Source: a virus
Strand: one strand, 5' to 3'
Length of the DNA stretch: 64,000 nt
Virus record (IMG/VR): IMGVR_UViG_3300017963_000011
Location: 41,135-105,134 of that record
Shown: positions 10,320 to 19,253 of the stretch, piece after piece
How the letters are laid out: each line of letters opens with the position of its first letter
How positions within the stretch are numbered: the stretch's first letter is position 1
Notes under the pieces: model-generated
Told to the model about the DNA's origin: nothing
The model's input: the letters and a program-made list of their open reading frames with translations, nothing else
The model's database searches: none
Made by a program: the position numbers and the translations under genes

Positions 10320-10913
10320 ATGGCAAATATTCCTGCGCTTGCGGGCTATCAAACAGCTAACGGAGAAGCTGCTCCTGCCAAGTTCGGCGGCAGTGATGTC
10401 CTTACAGATCCTAACGGGAATGTCCTCCTGACCGCTGTCGGTGGTGCTGGTTCTATCGTGCCATTCGATACTCCAGTCATTGTCATGGCATATAACAACA
10501 CGCTCTATAGTGGAGCTACAACTGGCTCTCCATGGAACTACTCTAGCCAACACGCATTCAATGGTGTGATCGATCTTAGTGGCTTGACACCGGCAATTCC
10601 TTCTGGCGCTAAAGCTGTGATTCTGGTAACACTGGCCAATCTGTACAATACAGTGGGGGGTGCAGCGCGAGTCATTAACATGTACGCTGCCAAGCTGCAT
10701 GCTTCTCTCCCAACCGCAGCGCAATACGTCATGAGTAGCGCATACCATGTCGGTGGCGTTGCCGCTGGTGCTGAAGGAGTAGAATACGATGCCAATCCGG
10801 GTTACGGTATTGTGAATTTCAATGGTGACAGGACCGTGGCTATAGCCGCCTATTCTAACAACAGTCCAAACAATGCGTACTGGTACTGGAACGTAGCCGG
10901 GTACACGATCTAG
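10320..10913 (+). CDS. Tail fibre / receptor-binding protein 3
   Basis: N-terminus MANIPALAG...SDVLTDPNGNVL is related to the two upstream genes. Confidence 0.6.
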   Translation: MANIPALAGYQTANGEAAPAKFGGSDVLTDPNGNVLLTAVGGAGSIVPFDTPVIVMAYNNTLYSGATTGSPWNYSSQHAFNGVIDLSGLTPAIPSGAKAVILVTLANLYNTVGGAARVINMYAAKLHASLPTAAQYVMSSAYHVGGVAAGAEGVEYDANPGYGIVNFNGDRTVAIAAYSNNSPNNAYWYWNVAGYTI

Positions 10914-10915
10914 GA

Positions 10916-11446
10916 GTGAACATGCTACCAGTTTTCAAATTGATTTATGATGAGTCAACATATGAAATCGTCGACTCGGTGCCGGCGCAACCCGACAATC
11001 CTCCGTCAACTCTTGTCGACAAACCCGATGGCTTTACCTGGGACGAGCGCACTCTCTGGAAATACGACCCTACAGAAGAAGAAGTCGTCCAGAAAACCGG
11101 CCAGGAGTATGACGATGCTCTCGCGTTAATCAAAGCGAAGATCGCCTCTGATCTCGCCTTGGAGTATACCCGCAAGAACCTCGAAGACATTTTCACGGTC
11201 ATGGGCTCGATGGAGGCTATGCTCGACTGCACAAATCAGATCGTGCAGAAAGTCATGAATGAGGATACGATCACACAGGCTGAGAAGGACGCCTTCAATC
11301 TTCTCGTAAATACTTGTTCGTCCAAGTTCAAGCTAACGCTGACCAACGTTACACAAGCCATCGCCGATGGTATGAAGGCGAAGAAAGAAAAGGCCCGTGA
11401 TACCGAGACAGACATGAAGAACGATCCTAGGTGGCCGTATTCATAG
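10916..11446 (+). CDS. Putative tail-fibre assembly/chaperone protein
   Basis: Follows the fibre genes; WKYDPTEEEVVQK followed by a helical region. Confidence 0.4.
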   Translation: MNMLPVFKLIYDESTYEIVDSVPAQPDNPPSTLVDKPDGFTWDERTLWKYDPTEEEVVQKTGQEYDDALALIKAKIASDLALEYTRKNLEDIFTVMGSMEAMLDCTNQIVQKVMNEDTITQAEKDAFNLLVNTCSSKFKLTLTNVTQAIADGMKAKKEKARDTETDMKNDPRWPYS

Positions 11447-11475
11447 AGTGTAGCGCTACAACGAGGGGGTATTAA

Positions 11476-12465
11476 ATGGGAAGGGATGGGGCAGTGGCCG
11501 ATCAGATTAGAATTCTGGTCGTCGATAATGACGAAACATCTATCCAGTCTCTTCGAGACATGCTTGGTGAATATGATTTCGAGGTCGAGGACGTTCGGGA
11601 TTCTCGCAAAGTCCTAGATCATCTTCGACAAACCAATGACTATTCTCTTCTCATTCTTGACATCAACATGCCTCACAAGGATGGCGTGACGCTGGCGTCT
11701 CAGGTCAGAAATACTCTTCACTACGACACGCCTATCTTGTTCGTATCGGCTGATATCAGCAAGACCAACCTATCGCGCATTCGTAGAATGAGTCTCGGTG
11801 GCCACACCGTAGAGTTTCTGAAGAAGGGTAGCTTCAATTCAGAGATCCTCTTCAACGTAGCTATGGCCTTGATCAAGGAACGCATCTCCACAAACAACGT
11901 TTCTGAGATCAAAGGACGCGTTTCCAAGATGCAGAAATCCCAGGATGAGATCAAAGAAACAATATCTGATTTCATCCTGAAGCTGGAAGACAAGCCACTC
12001 GTGTCCATTGATCATTGCAAGGCTCAATCCGAGGAACTTGTGAAGTCCCTTCGCAAGGAGGTCATTGGCATCACCCTCGGGGAAGCTAGTAAGAAACTAG
12101 ATGAGGCACTGAAGCCTGAGCCTCTCGCTGTGAGGATTGGCGCCGCGCTCACGGAGAAGCCCCAAGCTATCGAGCCTGCTCTTGAACCAAATCTCATGTT
12201 TGCAAAGACACGCCAAGCCGCCGCATGGAAGATGGCCGTCTATTTCTTGCTCGTTATCTTTGCTGGGCTCTGCATTTTCTGGGGAAACATGTGGACCAAA
12301 GCTGATCATGCCGACGATGGGGTTCGTAAGCTAGAGATCCAGCAAAAGCAAGTTATCGATACGATGCAACAACAAACGACTGCGATGAAATCTCATTTCA
12401 GGCGTCTTCAGAAAATGTTCAAGTCCAACCCAAGCATGTGGGTTACAACCAAAACGCACCCGTAA
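11476..12465 (+). CDS. Response-regulator receiver (REC) domain fused to coiled coil and transmembrane helix
   Basis: ILVVDND, LLILDINMP..DG, PILFVSA and FLKK are the canonical REC motifs; TM segment WKMAVYFLLVIFAGLCIFW; lies directly before the endolysin. Confidence 0.85.
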   Translation: MGRDGAVADQIRILVVDNDETSIQSLRDMLGEYDFEVEDVRDSRKVLDHLRQTNDYSLLILDINMPHKDGVTLASQVRNTLHYDTPILFVSADISKTNLSRIRRMSLGGHTVEFLKKGSFNSEILFNVAMALIKERISTNNVSEIKGRVSKMQKSQDEIKETISDFILKLEDKPLVSIDHCKAQSEELVKSLRKEVIGITLGEASKKLDEALKPEPLAVRIGAALTEKPQAIEPALEPNLMFAKTRQAAAWKMAVYFLLVIFAGLCIFWGNMWTKADHADDGVRKLEIQQKQVIDTMQQQTTAMKSHFRRLQKMFKSNPSMWVTTKTHP

Positions 12466-12474
12466 GGAGGTAGC

Positions 12475-12969
12475 ATGGCACTGGTGACGAAGAACGATAT
12501 CAGGAGTACGGAGACCCATTCATACGCATTGAAAGGGCTCGGTGAAATCCGATACGTCGATCTCCCCCGTGGCTACATCAAGATCATCAACGACTTCCCA
12601 CAGAAGTGCCTCATCAGAGAGACCTTTCCCATCATCGGCACGAAGTACGTCCACAAGGTGATGGCTCCAATGCTGATGAAGGTGATGGAGTTCATCCGCC
12701 ACAAGGTCGAGTACGATGCGGAATGGGAGTACATCCTTCACGGGAGCATCTTCAATCCGAGGCACATGTGGTATCACAAGAACAAGCCGATCTCGATGCA
12801 TGCTTTCGCGGCTGCGGTCGACATCAATCCATGGGAGAACCAGCCCGGAACGCCCGGCACCATCCCCCAACATATCATCCACCTGTTCGAGTCCAATGGT
12901 TTCAAGTGGCTCGGGCACATGGATCGACCCGACCCGATGCACTTCGAGGTGGACATCGATAAGCTCTAA
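12475..12969 (+). CDS. Endolysin, peptidase M15 family
   Basis: FNPR, SMHAFAAAVDIN (SxH...D), GFKWLG and DPMHFE Zn-peptidase motifs; AAGGAGG SD. Confidence 0.85.
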   Translation: MALVTKNDIRSTETHSYALKGLGEIRYVDLPRGYIKIINDFPQKCLIRETFPIIGTKYVHKVMAPMLMKVMEFIRHKVEYDAEWEYILHGSIFNPRHMWYHKNKPISMHAFAAAVDINPWENQPGTPGTIPQHIIHLFESNGFKWLGHMDRPDPMHFEVDIDKL

Positions 12970-12991
12970 ATCAAAAGTTCCAACATTTATC

Positions 12992-13020
12992 TTGCAACAT
13001 CCTCCGGGGTGTTGTATCTT
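12992..13020 (+). promoter_or_regulatory. Sigma70-like promoter
   Basis: TTGCAA-17 bp-TATCTT just upstream of 13043. Confidence 0.5.
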
Positions 13021-13042
13021 TTACGGCAGAAAGGGGGTGAGC

Positions 13043-13429
13043 ATGGCAGAGGAGAAAAAGTACAGTCCGTGGGAGAGCGTGATCTGGCATTTTCGTTCTC
13101 GGAAATCCAGGCTTGCCATGGCAGCGGTGATCGCGATAATCCTTGCCAACAGTAAGTGGGTTCAGAGCAAACTCAGCCTCGATCCCTCCACCATCCCGGC
13201 ACTGTCCCAGAACATCGTGATCTGTCTCGGCATCATCATCGCTGCCGTCTCAGGAGAGAAGATCATGATGAACGGTAACGGAAATGGGAAGACGCCCGAT
13301 CCCAAAGAGGGAGTCACACTCAGCGTGGAATCCGTTGTCGACTTGAAGCTCAAGGAGAAGTTACACGAGGAACTCGAAAAGGGCCTCGACAAACTGACTG
13401 ACAAGATCAAGGAGAAACTCAACAAATGA
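13043..13429 (+). CDS. Holin-like membrane protein
   Basis: RSRK followed by two hydrophobic segments and a charged C-terminus; next to the endolysin. Confidence 0.55.
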   Translation: MAEEKKYSPWESVIWHFRSRKSRLAMAAVIAIILANSKWVQSKLSLDPSTIPALSQNIVICLGIIIAAVSGEKIMMNGNGNGKTPDPKEGVTLSVESVVDLKLKEKLHEELEKGLDKLTDKIKEKLNK

Positions 13430-13809
13430 TGACCCTGAAGGCCGCAGAAAAGAAGGGCTACGTTCCGACCAAGATCCAGATCGAGGTGCTCATGCACCCC
13501 GAGACAGGCAACATCCTCTATCCCTGCGACGGCTGCGTGACCAAGGCGTATGACACCTACGCCATCATCTCCGACCCCCTCTACAACGACGACGGCAAGA
13601 AGGAAGACAAGGTGGTCAACCTCGTCTGCAAGAAGCACAAGAAGCGCTACCAGAAACCCTCGGCTCCGACGTTCGAGGGCATGGTTCGCCTCAACCTTCA
13701 GATGCTCGTCGGCAAGAAGTGGGAGAAGATCTCCCAGGCCATGGTCAAGCGCATGCGCAAAAGCCAGGGCTGGTTCGACTGGCTCTACCCGGAGGACGAC
13801 GACGAATGA
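13426..13809 (+). CDS. Hypothetical protein
   Basis: ATGA overlap with the upstream gene; CDGC...CKKH. Confidence 0.6.
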   Translation: MMTLKAAEKKGYVPTKIQIEVLMHPETGNILYPCDGCVTKAYDTYAIISDPLYNDDGKKEDKVVNLVCKKHKKRYQKPSAPTFEGMVRLNLQMLVGKKWEKISQAMVKRMRKSQGWFDWLYPEDDDE

Positions 13810-13844
13810 CTGGCCAGATTTGAGATCAAGGTCAGGTTCTAGGA

Positions 13845-13874
13845 AGCCGGGGCGCAAGGCCCCGGCTCTTTCTT
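13845..13874 (+). terminator. Intrinsic terminator between convergent modules
   Basis: AGCCGGGGC-GCAAG-GCCCCGGCT followed by CTTTCTT. Confidence 0.65.
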
Positions 13875-14481
13875 ATCCCATCTTCTTTTGGATTTCTGCG
13901 ATCTCAGCCGCGACTTGTTGGTCGCTCTTAGCAGCTTTGGCCTTGAAGATCTCAGATGGGCTCATCGGTTCGCCACACTCGCCTACGACTACGCACTTGG
14001 CGTAGTACATCTTAGCCTGCTTCGAGATGTGTTCGAGGTTGGTCTCATACATGTCCTGGATCTTCTTCCAACCATCGTAATCCATACCGAGAATGTGGCA
14101 GTATTCTAGCATGGGTATGTGCTCTTGTGTGAGCTTGTTCATCGCTTTGACGAAGTTGCCCAGGACTTCTATGAAACGCATGATCGACTTGACGGTGAAA
14201 CGCTCGGCGGCCAGTGTAATCTTGGCGTCATCCGTGATGCGCAGATTGCACTTGACGCACTTGAGCTTGCCCTTCTTGATCTGTTCATCGGTGTATGTTC
14301 TAGGCTTGTAGCCACGGTGGTAGATCAATGCTCCCACGAGCAGACGCCCTTTCTCGGGCTTCTTGGCGTAGCAGAAGGCTTCCTCTTTACATTGGCTGCA
14401 TTCGGCATAGAACTTCATGCGTTTCATCATCTGTTCTGCAATTTGTTGGACTTGGGGACCGAGGTTGGGAGGAATTGCCAT
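13873..14481 (-). CDS. Hypothetical protein with CxxC pairs
   Basis: 202 aa; CSQC and CVKC. Confidence 0.6.
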   Translation of the reverse strand: MAIPPNLGPQVQQIAEQMMKRMKFYAECSQCKEEAFCYAKKPEKGRLLVGALIYHRGYKPRTYTDEQIKKGKLKCVKCNLRITDDAKITLAAERFTVKSIMRFIEVLGNFVKAMNKLTQEHIPMLEYCHILGMDYDGWKKIQDMYETNLEHISKQAKMYYAKCVVVGECGEPMSPSEIFKAKAAKSDQQVAAEIAEIQKKMG

Positions 14482-14488
14482 GGTAGCG

Positions 14489-15499
14489 CTACCACTCTTT
14501 CAGTAGTGAGTCCCAATCACTTGAGGCTCGTCTCTTGTTTACGATATGGACGGAATTCTTGACACAGCGCAAGAATTCTTGCGCTGTTTTCAGATCATCG
14601 GCATCTTTGCCATCCGGGAAGATTATTCTTGTGATACTCTCGACTTCCCCCGAGAGTTCTTTGATCATATCCGCAGCACCATCGTTACCTGCCTCGTCGT
14701 TATCGAGGGCTATGAAGACGCTGCTCCAGTTCTCTAGGATAAGAGCAAGGTGGTCGTCCGACGCCACTGCTCCGAAAATGGCAATGGCCGACTTGAAACC
14801 GAATACCGAAAGACGGATGACATCGAGAGGGCCTTCGCAGACAATAACGTATGGAGATCCTTTTGCGCGGTCGAAGTTGTATAGGATGCGGTTGCGGGGC
14901 AGACCCGGCTGGTGATCCCACTTGCCCAGATACGCTTCCTTTCGTATGTCTCGGGCTGTAAAGCCTCTAAGCTCTCCATCAAAGTGAACAGGAAAGAAAA
15001 CGTAATCCGGCCGAGTTCGATCGTAGGAGACGCCAAAGGGACGAAGATCTTTGTTTCGATAACGTCGAGTTTTGGGCCACGGATGATTCCTCGGCATGGG
15101 CTCCAGTGTTCGCGGCCACTCGAAAACGGGAAGGGGTCCATCATCATCCTCTTCTGATACGTCAGGAATGTTCTTGATAATCTGAGCCCACGAGAGTTGC
15201 TCTTTTTGGAAATTGGCTAGGATCTCCAGAGCATGTTCTCGTGAACAGTCAATGCCAGTGAGCTTCTTCTCCATCAACTGAATGAACCGTATGAATTTGC
15301 CACCACCGCACTTCGGCTTGCCTCTCTCTTTAGCAAAACATTTCCATTTGCCATTGTGGCGATTGATCGAGAAGTTGAGGGGCGTCTTGCCACTACTCTC
15401 ATGGAGGGGACACTTGCAGTAGATGTTCTTGTTTGACGTGTTGTCCTTGAGGACGTCAACGAAGTAATGATCGAGGATCTCACGTACAGGCTGGCTCAT
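14489..15499 (-). CDS. dnaG: DNA primase (CHC2 zinc finger plus TOPRIM)
   Basis: CPLH...WKCF...CGGG zinc finger; CEGPLD, ALDNDEAG and GKDAD TOPRIM motifs. Confidence 0.9.
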   Translation of the reverse strand: MSQPVREILDHYFVDVLKDNTSNKNIYCKCPLHESSGKTPLNFSINRHNGKWKCFAKERGKPKCGGGKFIRFIQLMEKKLTGIDCSREHALEILANFQKEQLSWAQIIKNIPDVSEEDDDGPLPVFEWPRTLEPMPRNHPWPKTRRYRNKDLRPFGVSYDRTRPDYVFFPVHFDGELRGFTARDIRKEAYLGKWDHQPGLPRNRILYNFDRAKGSPYVIVCEGPLDVIRLSVFGFKSAIAIFGAVASDDHLALILENWSSVFIALDNDEAGNDGAADMIKELSGEVESITRIIFPDGKDADDLKTAQEFLRCVKNSVHIVNKRRASSDWDSLLKEW

Positions 15500-16119
15500 C
15501 TCCAGTCCTTCCTCAGATCGGATTTCTTTATTTCATTCGGCTTCTTGAACTTGCGCTTCAAGCCACGGCGCACAAGAGCCGGATAGATGTTCCAGTAGAT
15601 GCCTGGACGCTCCTCTGCTTGTATTAGCTGGGCGTATGTGGCATCGCTTGTCATGATCTCGTCCAGTTTAGCACAGAAGTCTTTCCCACTGTACTCGTAA
15701 AGCCTGGCAATCTCTGTACGCTTCCAGGGGCGGCACACTAGATCGAATGCAGTGCCAAATACGAGGAAGACGTCCTGGCAGCAGTAGGGCTTCAGTAGCG
15801 TGGCTTTCCATCTGGAGATCTTCCACCCGCTCGGTGGTAGTTGCCCTATACGCTTGCAAGCCCTGTTGATCACGTCGTTCTTGCCGCGTAAGCCAGAGCC
15901 AAGTTCTTCGCGCAGGGAGATGTACAGATCGTAAGACAAGAGTTGTGGCAAGCTCAGGTAGATCCTGGCAGTTGTATGATGGTCACGTCTGAACTCCCGG
16001 CCAAGGTTTACCCACTCAAGGCCGGGCATCTTGCGTATCGTCTCGCCAACGTTCTTAGACCAGAGTGCTTGATCGTGCCAGAAGAACGCGACGAGATGTC
16101 TTGAAAAATAATGGATCAC
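15496..16119 (-). CDS. Hypothetical protein
   Basis: 207 aa, coupled to both neighbours by 4-bp overlaps. Confidence 0.6.
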   Translation of the reverse strand: MIHYFSRHLVAFFWHDQALWSKNVGETIRKMPGLEWVNLGREFRRDHHTTARIYLSLPQLLSYDLYISLREELGSGLRGKNDVINRACKRIGQLPPSGWKISRWKATLLKPYCCQDVFLVFGTAFDLVCRPWKRTEIARLYEYSGKDFCAKLDEIMTSDATYAQLIQAEERPGIYWNIYPALVRRGLKRKFKKPNEIKKSDLRKDWR

Positions 16120-16457
16120 ATCTCGCCGTTCAGACGTCTAATGAAGTGTGGGTTAACCTCACAAGAGATGAAGGTCTTCTTGCCCTTCATGCCCGCGAAG
16201 AGGCCAGTCTTGGTCCCTTGGCGGGCTCTCTTTTTGAGCCTGATAGTGCAGAAACCACGGAACCACATGTAGCCCTTGTTGCCAACACACTTGGACATCG
16301 CCCGGATGATGGCCGAAGCGATCAGTCTGTGATTGAGCGTACTGATTGAGATGTCCTTGATGATCCCCTTCCGGCTCAGTGTTCGTAGGATCTCGGCGTA
16401 ATCCTCGACACCGAAGAAGTTCTTACTCGTTCCCGTTATTCTCTTGAACCCTGGCAC
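16116..16457 (-). CDS. HU/IHF-like DNA-binding protein
   Basis: WFRGFCTIRLKKRARQG...KKTFISCEVNPHFIRRLN resembles the HU/IHF beta-arm. Confidence 0.6.
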   Translation of the reverse strand: MPGFKRITGTSKNFFGVEDYAEILRTLSRKGIIKDISISTLNHRLIASAIIRAMSKCVGNKGYMWFRGFCTIRLKKRARQGTKTGLFAGMKGKKTFISCEVNPHFIRRLNGEM

Positions 16458-17166
16458 GTGTCACATCTCCTTCTAGTGTAAACCTGATTGCGAGGCCAGC
16501 GCGGGCTGCGTATTCGTCCTCGTTAGTCACCATGATGAGTTGAATATCGAACTCGTCTACTATCTTATGCAGCAGATCCATGAAGTAGTCACGTCGATCT
16601 GGAGAAAGATTGGTTACTGGCTCGTCAGCAAACAAGATACGATCTGGATCGGTCGGGTGGTTCACGAGCAAGATGATGCGAAGAATGAAGAATGCCACAT
16701 CGGCTGCTCCACCACCAGTACATTCGAGGATGGGTTGCTCGATGGTAGCGCTACCATACTGACGAGTGACTGTGAAATAGGTTTCTAGTTGGTTCCTTTT
16801 CTCTATGGTCTTAATGTTGAAAGATACGATGTTGTCGTTGACCAGTTTCTGCAAGATGTCTGTGATGACAGCCTGGATCGCCTTTGTTGGATCGTGTTCG
16901 AGAAGATAGTCAGATGTTGCTACGAGTAGCTTGTGAACGTTCTCCTCGATCTTGAGCGTCACCTTCTTTTCTTTTATAGTCCCTTGGATCTTTTTGGATT
17001 GCTCGATCAAGAGCGCAGCGTTGGCCGCTCTCGCGAGTTGCTCCCGCGACACCTTCTTCGAGATCTCTCTGGCGAACTTGCGCTGCTCGGCCGCCGTCTT
17101 GGTTCCGAGCTTGGAGTCCTGTAACTGATACAAGACCGTTTTCATTTGTATCAAGTCAGCGATCAT
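16423..17166 (-). CDS. SbcC/Rad50 C-terminal half
   Basis: Signature-like TGGG, Walker B ILFADEP and IMVT; N-terminal coiled coil. Confidence 0.75.
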   Translation of the reverse strand: MIADLIQMKTVLYQLQDSKLGTKTAAEQRKFAREISKKVSREQLARAANAALLIEQSKKIQGTIKEKKVTLKIEENVHKLLVATSDYLLEHDPTKAIQAVITDILQKLVNDNIVSFNIKTIEKRNQLETYFTVTRQYGSATIEQPILECTGGGAADVAFFILRIILLVNHPTDPDRILFADEPVTNLSPDRRDYFMDLLHKIVDEFDIQLIMVTNEDEYAARAGLAIRFTLEGDVTRARVQENNGNE

Positions 17167-17558
17167 ACGTCGACTTCCTCGTTGAGGATCTTGTAAACCA
17201 TGCGAGACGCCCGAAAGTAGCCTTGCTGGTACGGATCTTGGAATTCTTCCGGGCCTTCTGGCATGTGTATGCCTTCTACCCATCTGAAGAGGCGAGCGAT
17301 GGTTTCGTACTTGGCCTGATTCATCAAGGCCATGATGATTGCCCAATCCTTGAGCATCCCACATGTTTCCATGCTGTCTGCGGCTTTTCTAGCCTCGATT
17401 ACGTCGGCCGGCGGTTTGTAATACACTTCAAGCGTGTCAATGACGGCTTTGAGATGTCTCGCCTCAATCTCTATGTCATAGGTAAAGCCTTCAGTGTGCT
17501 CCGCTAGTGCCTGCTTGATCGCATCAATGGCTTCTCCAAACTCTTTCTCTTTGTTCAT
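17163..17558 (-). CDS. Hypothetical protein
   Basis: 131 aa, 4-bp overlaps on both sides. Confidence 0.6.
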   Translation of the reverse strand: MNKEKEFGEAIDAIKQALAEHTEGFTYDIEIEARHLKAVIDTLEVYYKPPADVIEARKAADSMETCGMLKDWAIIMALMNQAKYETIARLFRWVEGIHMPEGPEEFQDPYQQGYFRASRMVYKILNEEVDV

Positions 17559-17839
17559 TCTTCACCTTCCAGCTTGTCCAGAGCAGCCTCAACCTCGGAG
17601 ATCTTCTTGTCCAAAGCCTTGTTGAGCTTCTTCTTACGAATGACGATGTGCTTCTTCAACTTGTCATGATCTTCCGGTTTCTTCACACCAAGCTCGCGTA
17701 GGCGCTCATAGCAACCCTCTCGCTCCTTGGCGAGAGCCTTTAACTGACCATCAAGTTCGGCACAGCCCTTGGCCAGCTTGTCGACCTTCTCTGTCAGGTC
17801 GTTGAACTTGTCTCTCAGCGTCGGAGTCTCTTCAGACAT
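17555..17839 (-). CDS. Small coiled-coil protein
   Basis: 94 aa with a heptad pattern. Confidence 0.6.
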   Translation of the reverse strand: MSEETPTLRDKFNDLTEKVDKLAKGCAELDGQLKALAKEREGCYERLRELGVKKPEDHDKLKKHIVIRKKKLNKALDKKISEVEAALDKLEGEE

Positions 17840-18696
17840 AGTTCCACCTCGATCTCACTGTATGTTGAATTCTTGGCCAGAGTTCTCACCACATCCTCGA
17901 TACGGAACGCGCCCATCTCCTTCGATAGCGACTTGAGTGCCGATACCGCGTCATCGAGTCTTTGCTGGCGCACCACATCTTTCTGGCTTGCCTTCTCAGG
18001 TACGGAAATGACATCCTCGGCAGGCTTTGCTGACTGAAGGGCTCTGAAGTAGGCATCGACTTCTCCTCGCTTGGAGATCTCGATAATTGCAACGCTTGGA
18101 ACTTTGCAAATGTCCTCGCTGGATCTTCCGATACGGGCAATAGCCCCAGGTGCGACAAAGTGAACTCTCTTACCACCTCTTGTTTTGATGACGTGATAAC
18201 CTTGACCTGGATGATAATCGCTGACGAGGAAGATGTCGCCTGGGCCTTCGTAGTCGGTCCAAAGGTGATGGGGCCACATGACTGGTTTTCTGACGAATTG
18301 CTCATGGCGACTGTGTACCTTCATCCCGTTGACAGGTATCAATAGATAGCCCTCATGGAGTATGATCAAGTTCATCTCCATGAGGGTCTTGAGAGCAGAT
18401 TTCTCTCGCCAGTCTTCCCAGCGCCCACGCCATTCGTGGTTTCCGAGAACAACGTGAATAGGCAATAGGCGTTTTGGAATTTTATCGAAGAACTCCAGTA
18501 CCCGATTGAGGAGATACACAGACTGGTGGGCTTGATCGAAGAAGTCGCCACCATGGATGATGTAGTCGACTGACAACTCAGTGGCGATCTCGGCTACCTC
18601 AATCAGTTTGAGCATCAACGAATCAAGGTAGTTGTCGATCCGCGAAACCGGGTTCTTCTCCTTGAGATGAGTGTCTGTTAGGTAGAGGATCTTCAT
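17815..18696 (-). CDS. SbcD/Mre11-like metallophosphoesterase nuclease
   Basis: MKILYLTDTH, GGDFFD, GNHE, SDYH and APGAIAR motifs. Confidence 0.85.
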   Translation of the reverse strand: MKILYLTDTHLKEKNPVSRIDNYLDSLMLKLIEVAEIATELSVDYIIHGGDFFDQAHQSVYLLNRVLEFFDKIPKRLLPIHVVLGNHEWRGRWEDWREKSALKTLMEMNLIILHEGYLLIPVNGMKVHSRHEQFVRKPVMWPHHLWTDYEGPGDIFLVSDYHPGQGYHVIKTRGGKRVHFVAPGAIARIGRSSEDICKVPSVAIIEISKRGEVDAYFRALQSAKPAEDVISVPEKASQKDVVRQQRLDDAVSALKSLSKEMGAFRIEDVVRTLAKNSTYSEIEVELCLKRLRR

Positions 18697-19253
18697 AGCG
18701 CGTCCACCCAACAGAACTTTTCTGCCAAGTCTGGATAGCGCTCGTCTATTGGTACTTTACGTTTGTCACCTGGAGTGCGCTTCAGCACCAACAAACCATG
18801 ATGTTTGGCTGAGTCCTCTGGATCGAGCGCTGCGAACCCTTCCAAGTTCTCCCTGAACGGAGGGTAGAGGATGGCATTTTGACCGACACGAGTTAGTACA
18901 GCATAGACTACCTCGCGACTGATGTGGATGAACGTAGCCTGCAAACCTATACCAGTGCCAGCGTTGATACGCTTGCCCATTGTGAGTTGATGGTCCTCTA
19001 GCTGTTTGTCGAAATGAATGGCGAAACCCTTGCGCTTGGGAATCTTCTTGGTTGGGATGTATTTTGCTTCGATGCCAAGAAAGCTAGAGGCCAAGAGAGT
19101 GTTGTCTACGCAGTAGACGTAATCCGGCATTCCCTTCTTTTGGAAGATGCTGCCATGGATCTTGGTGCCGATCGCTATGAATTCTCGGTACACCCACATC
19201 AACGCCGCATGGAATTGGCCGGCGTATTCGTTTTCCTTTTTCTTTTTACTCAT
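18693..19253 (-). CDS. PD-(D/E)xK nuclease, Holliday-junction-resolvase / VRR-NUC-like
   Basis: KGMPDY...FLGIEAK...HQ. Confidence 0.7.
   Translation of the reverse strand: MSKKKKENEYAGQFHAALMWVYREFIAIGTKIHGSIFQKKGMPDYVYCVDNTLLASSFLGIEAKYIPTKKIPKRKGFAIHFDKQLEDHQLTMGKRINAGTGIGLQATFIHISREVVYAVLTRVGQNAILYPPFRENLEGFAALDPEDSAKHHGLLVLKRTPGDKRKVPIDERYPDLAEKFCWVDAL

Noticed and set aside
8607-11446. Diversity-generating retroelement acting on the fibre genes
   Set aside because: No reverse transcriptase and no TR/VR pair differing at adenines was seen in the window.
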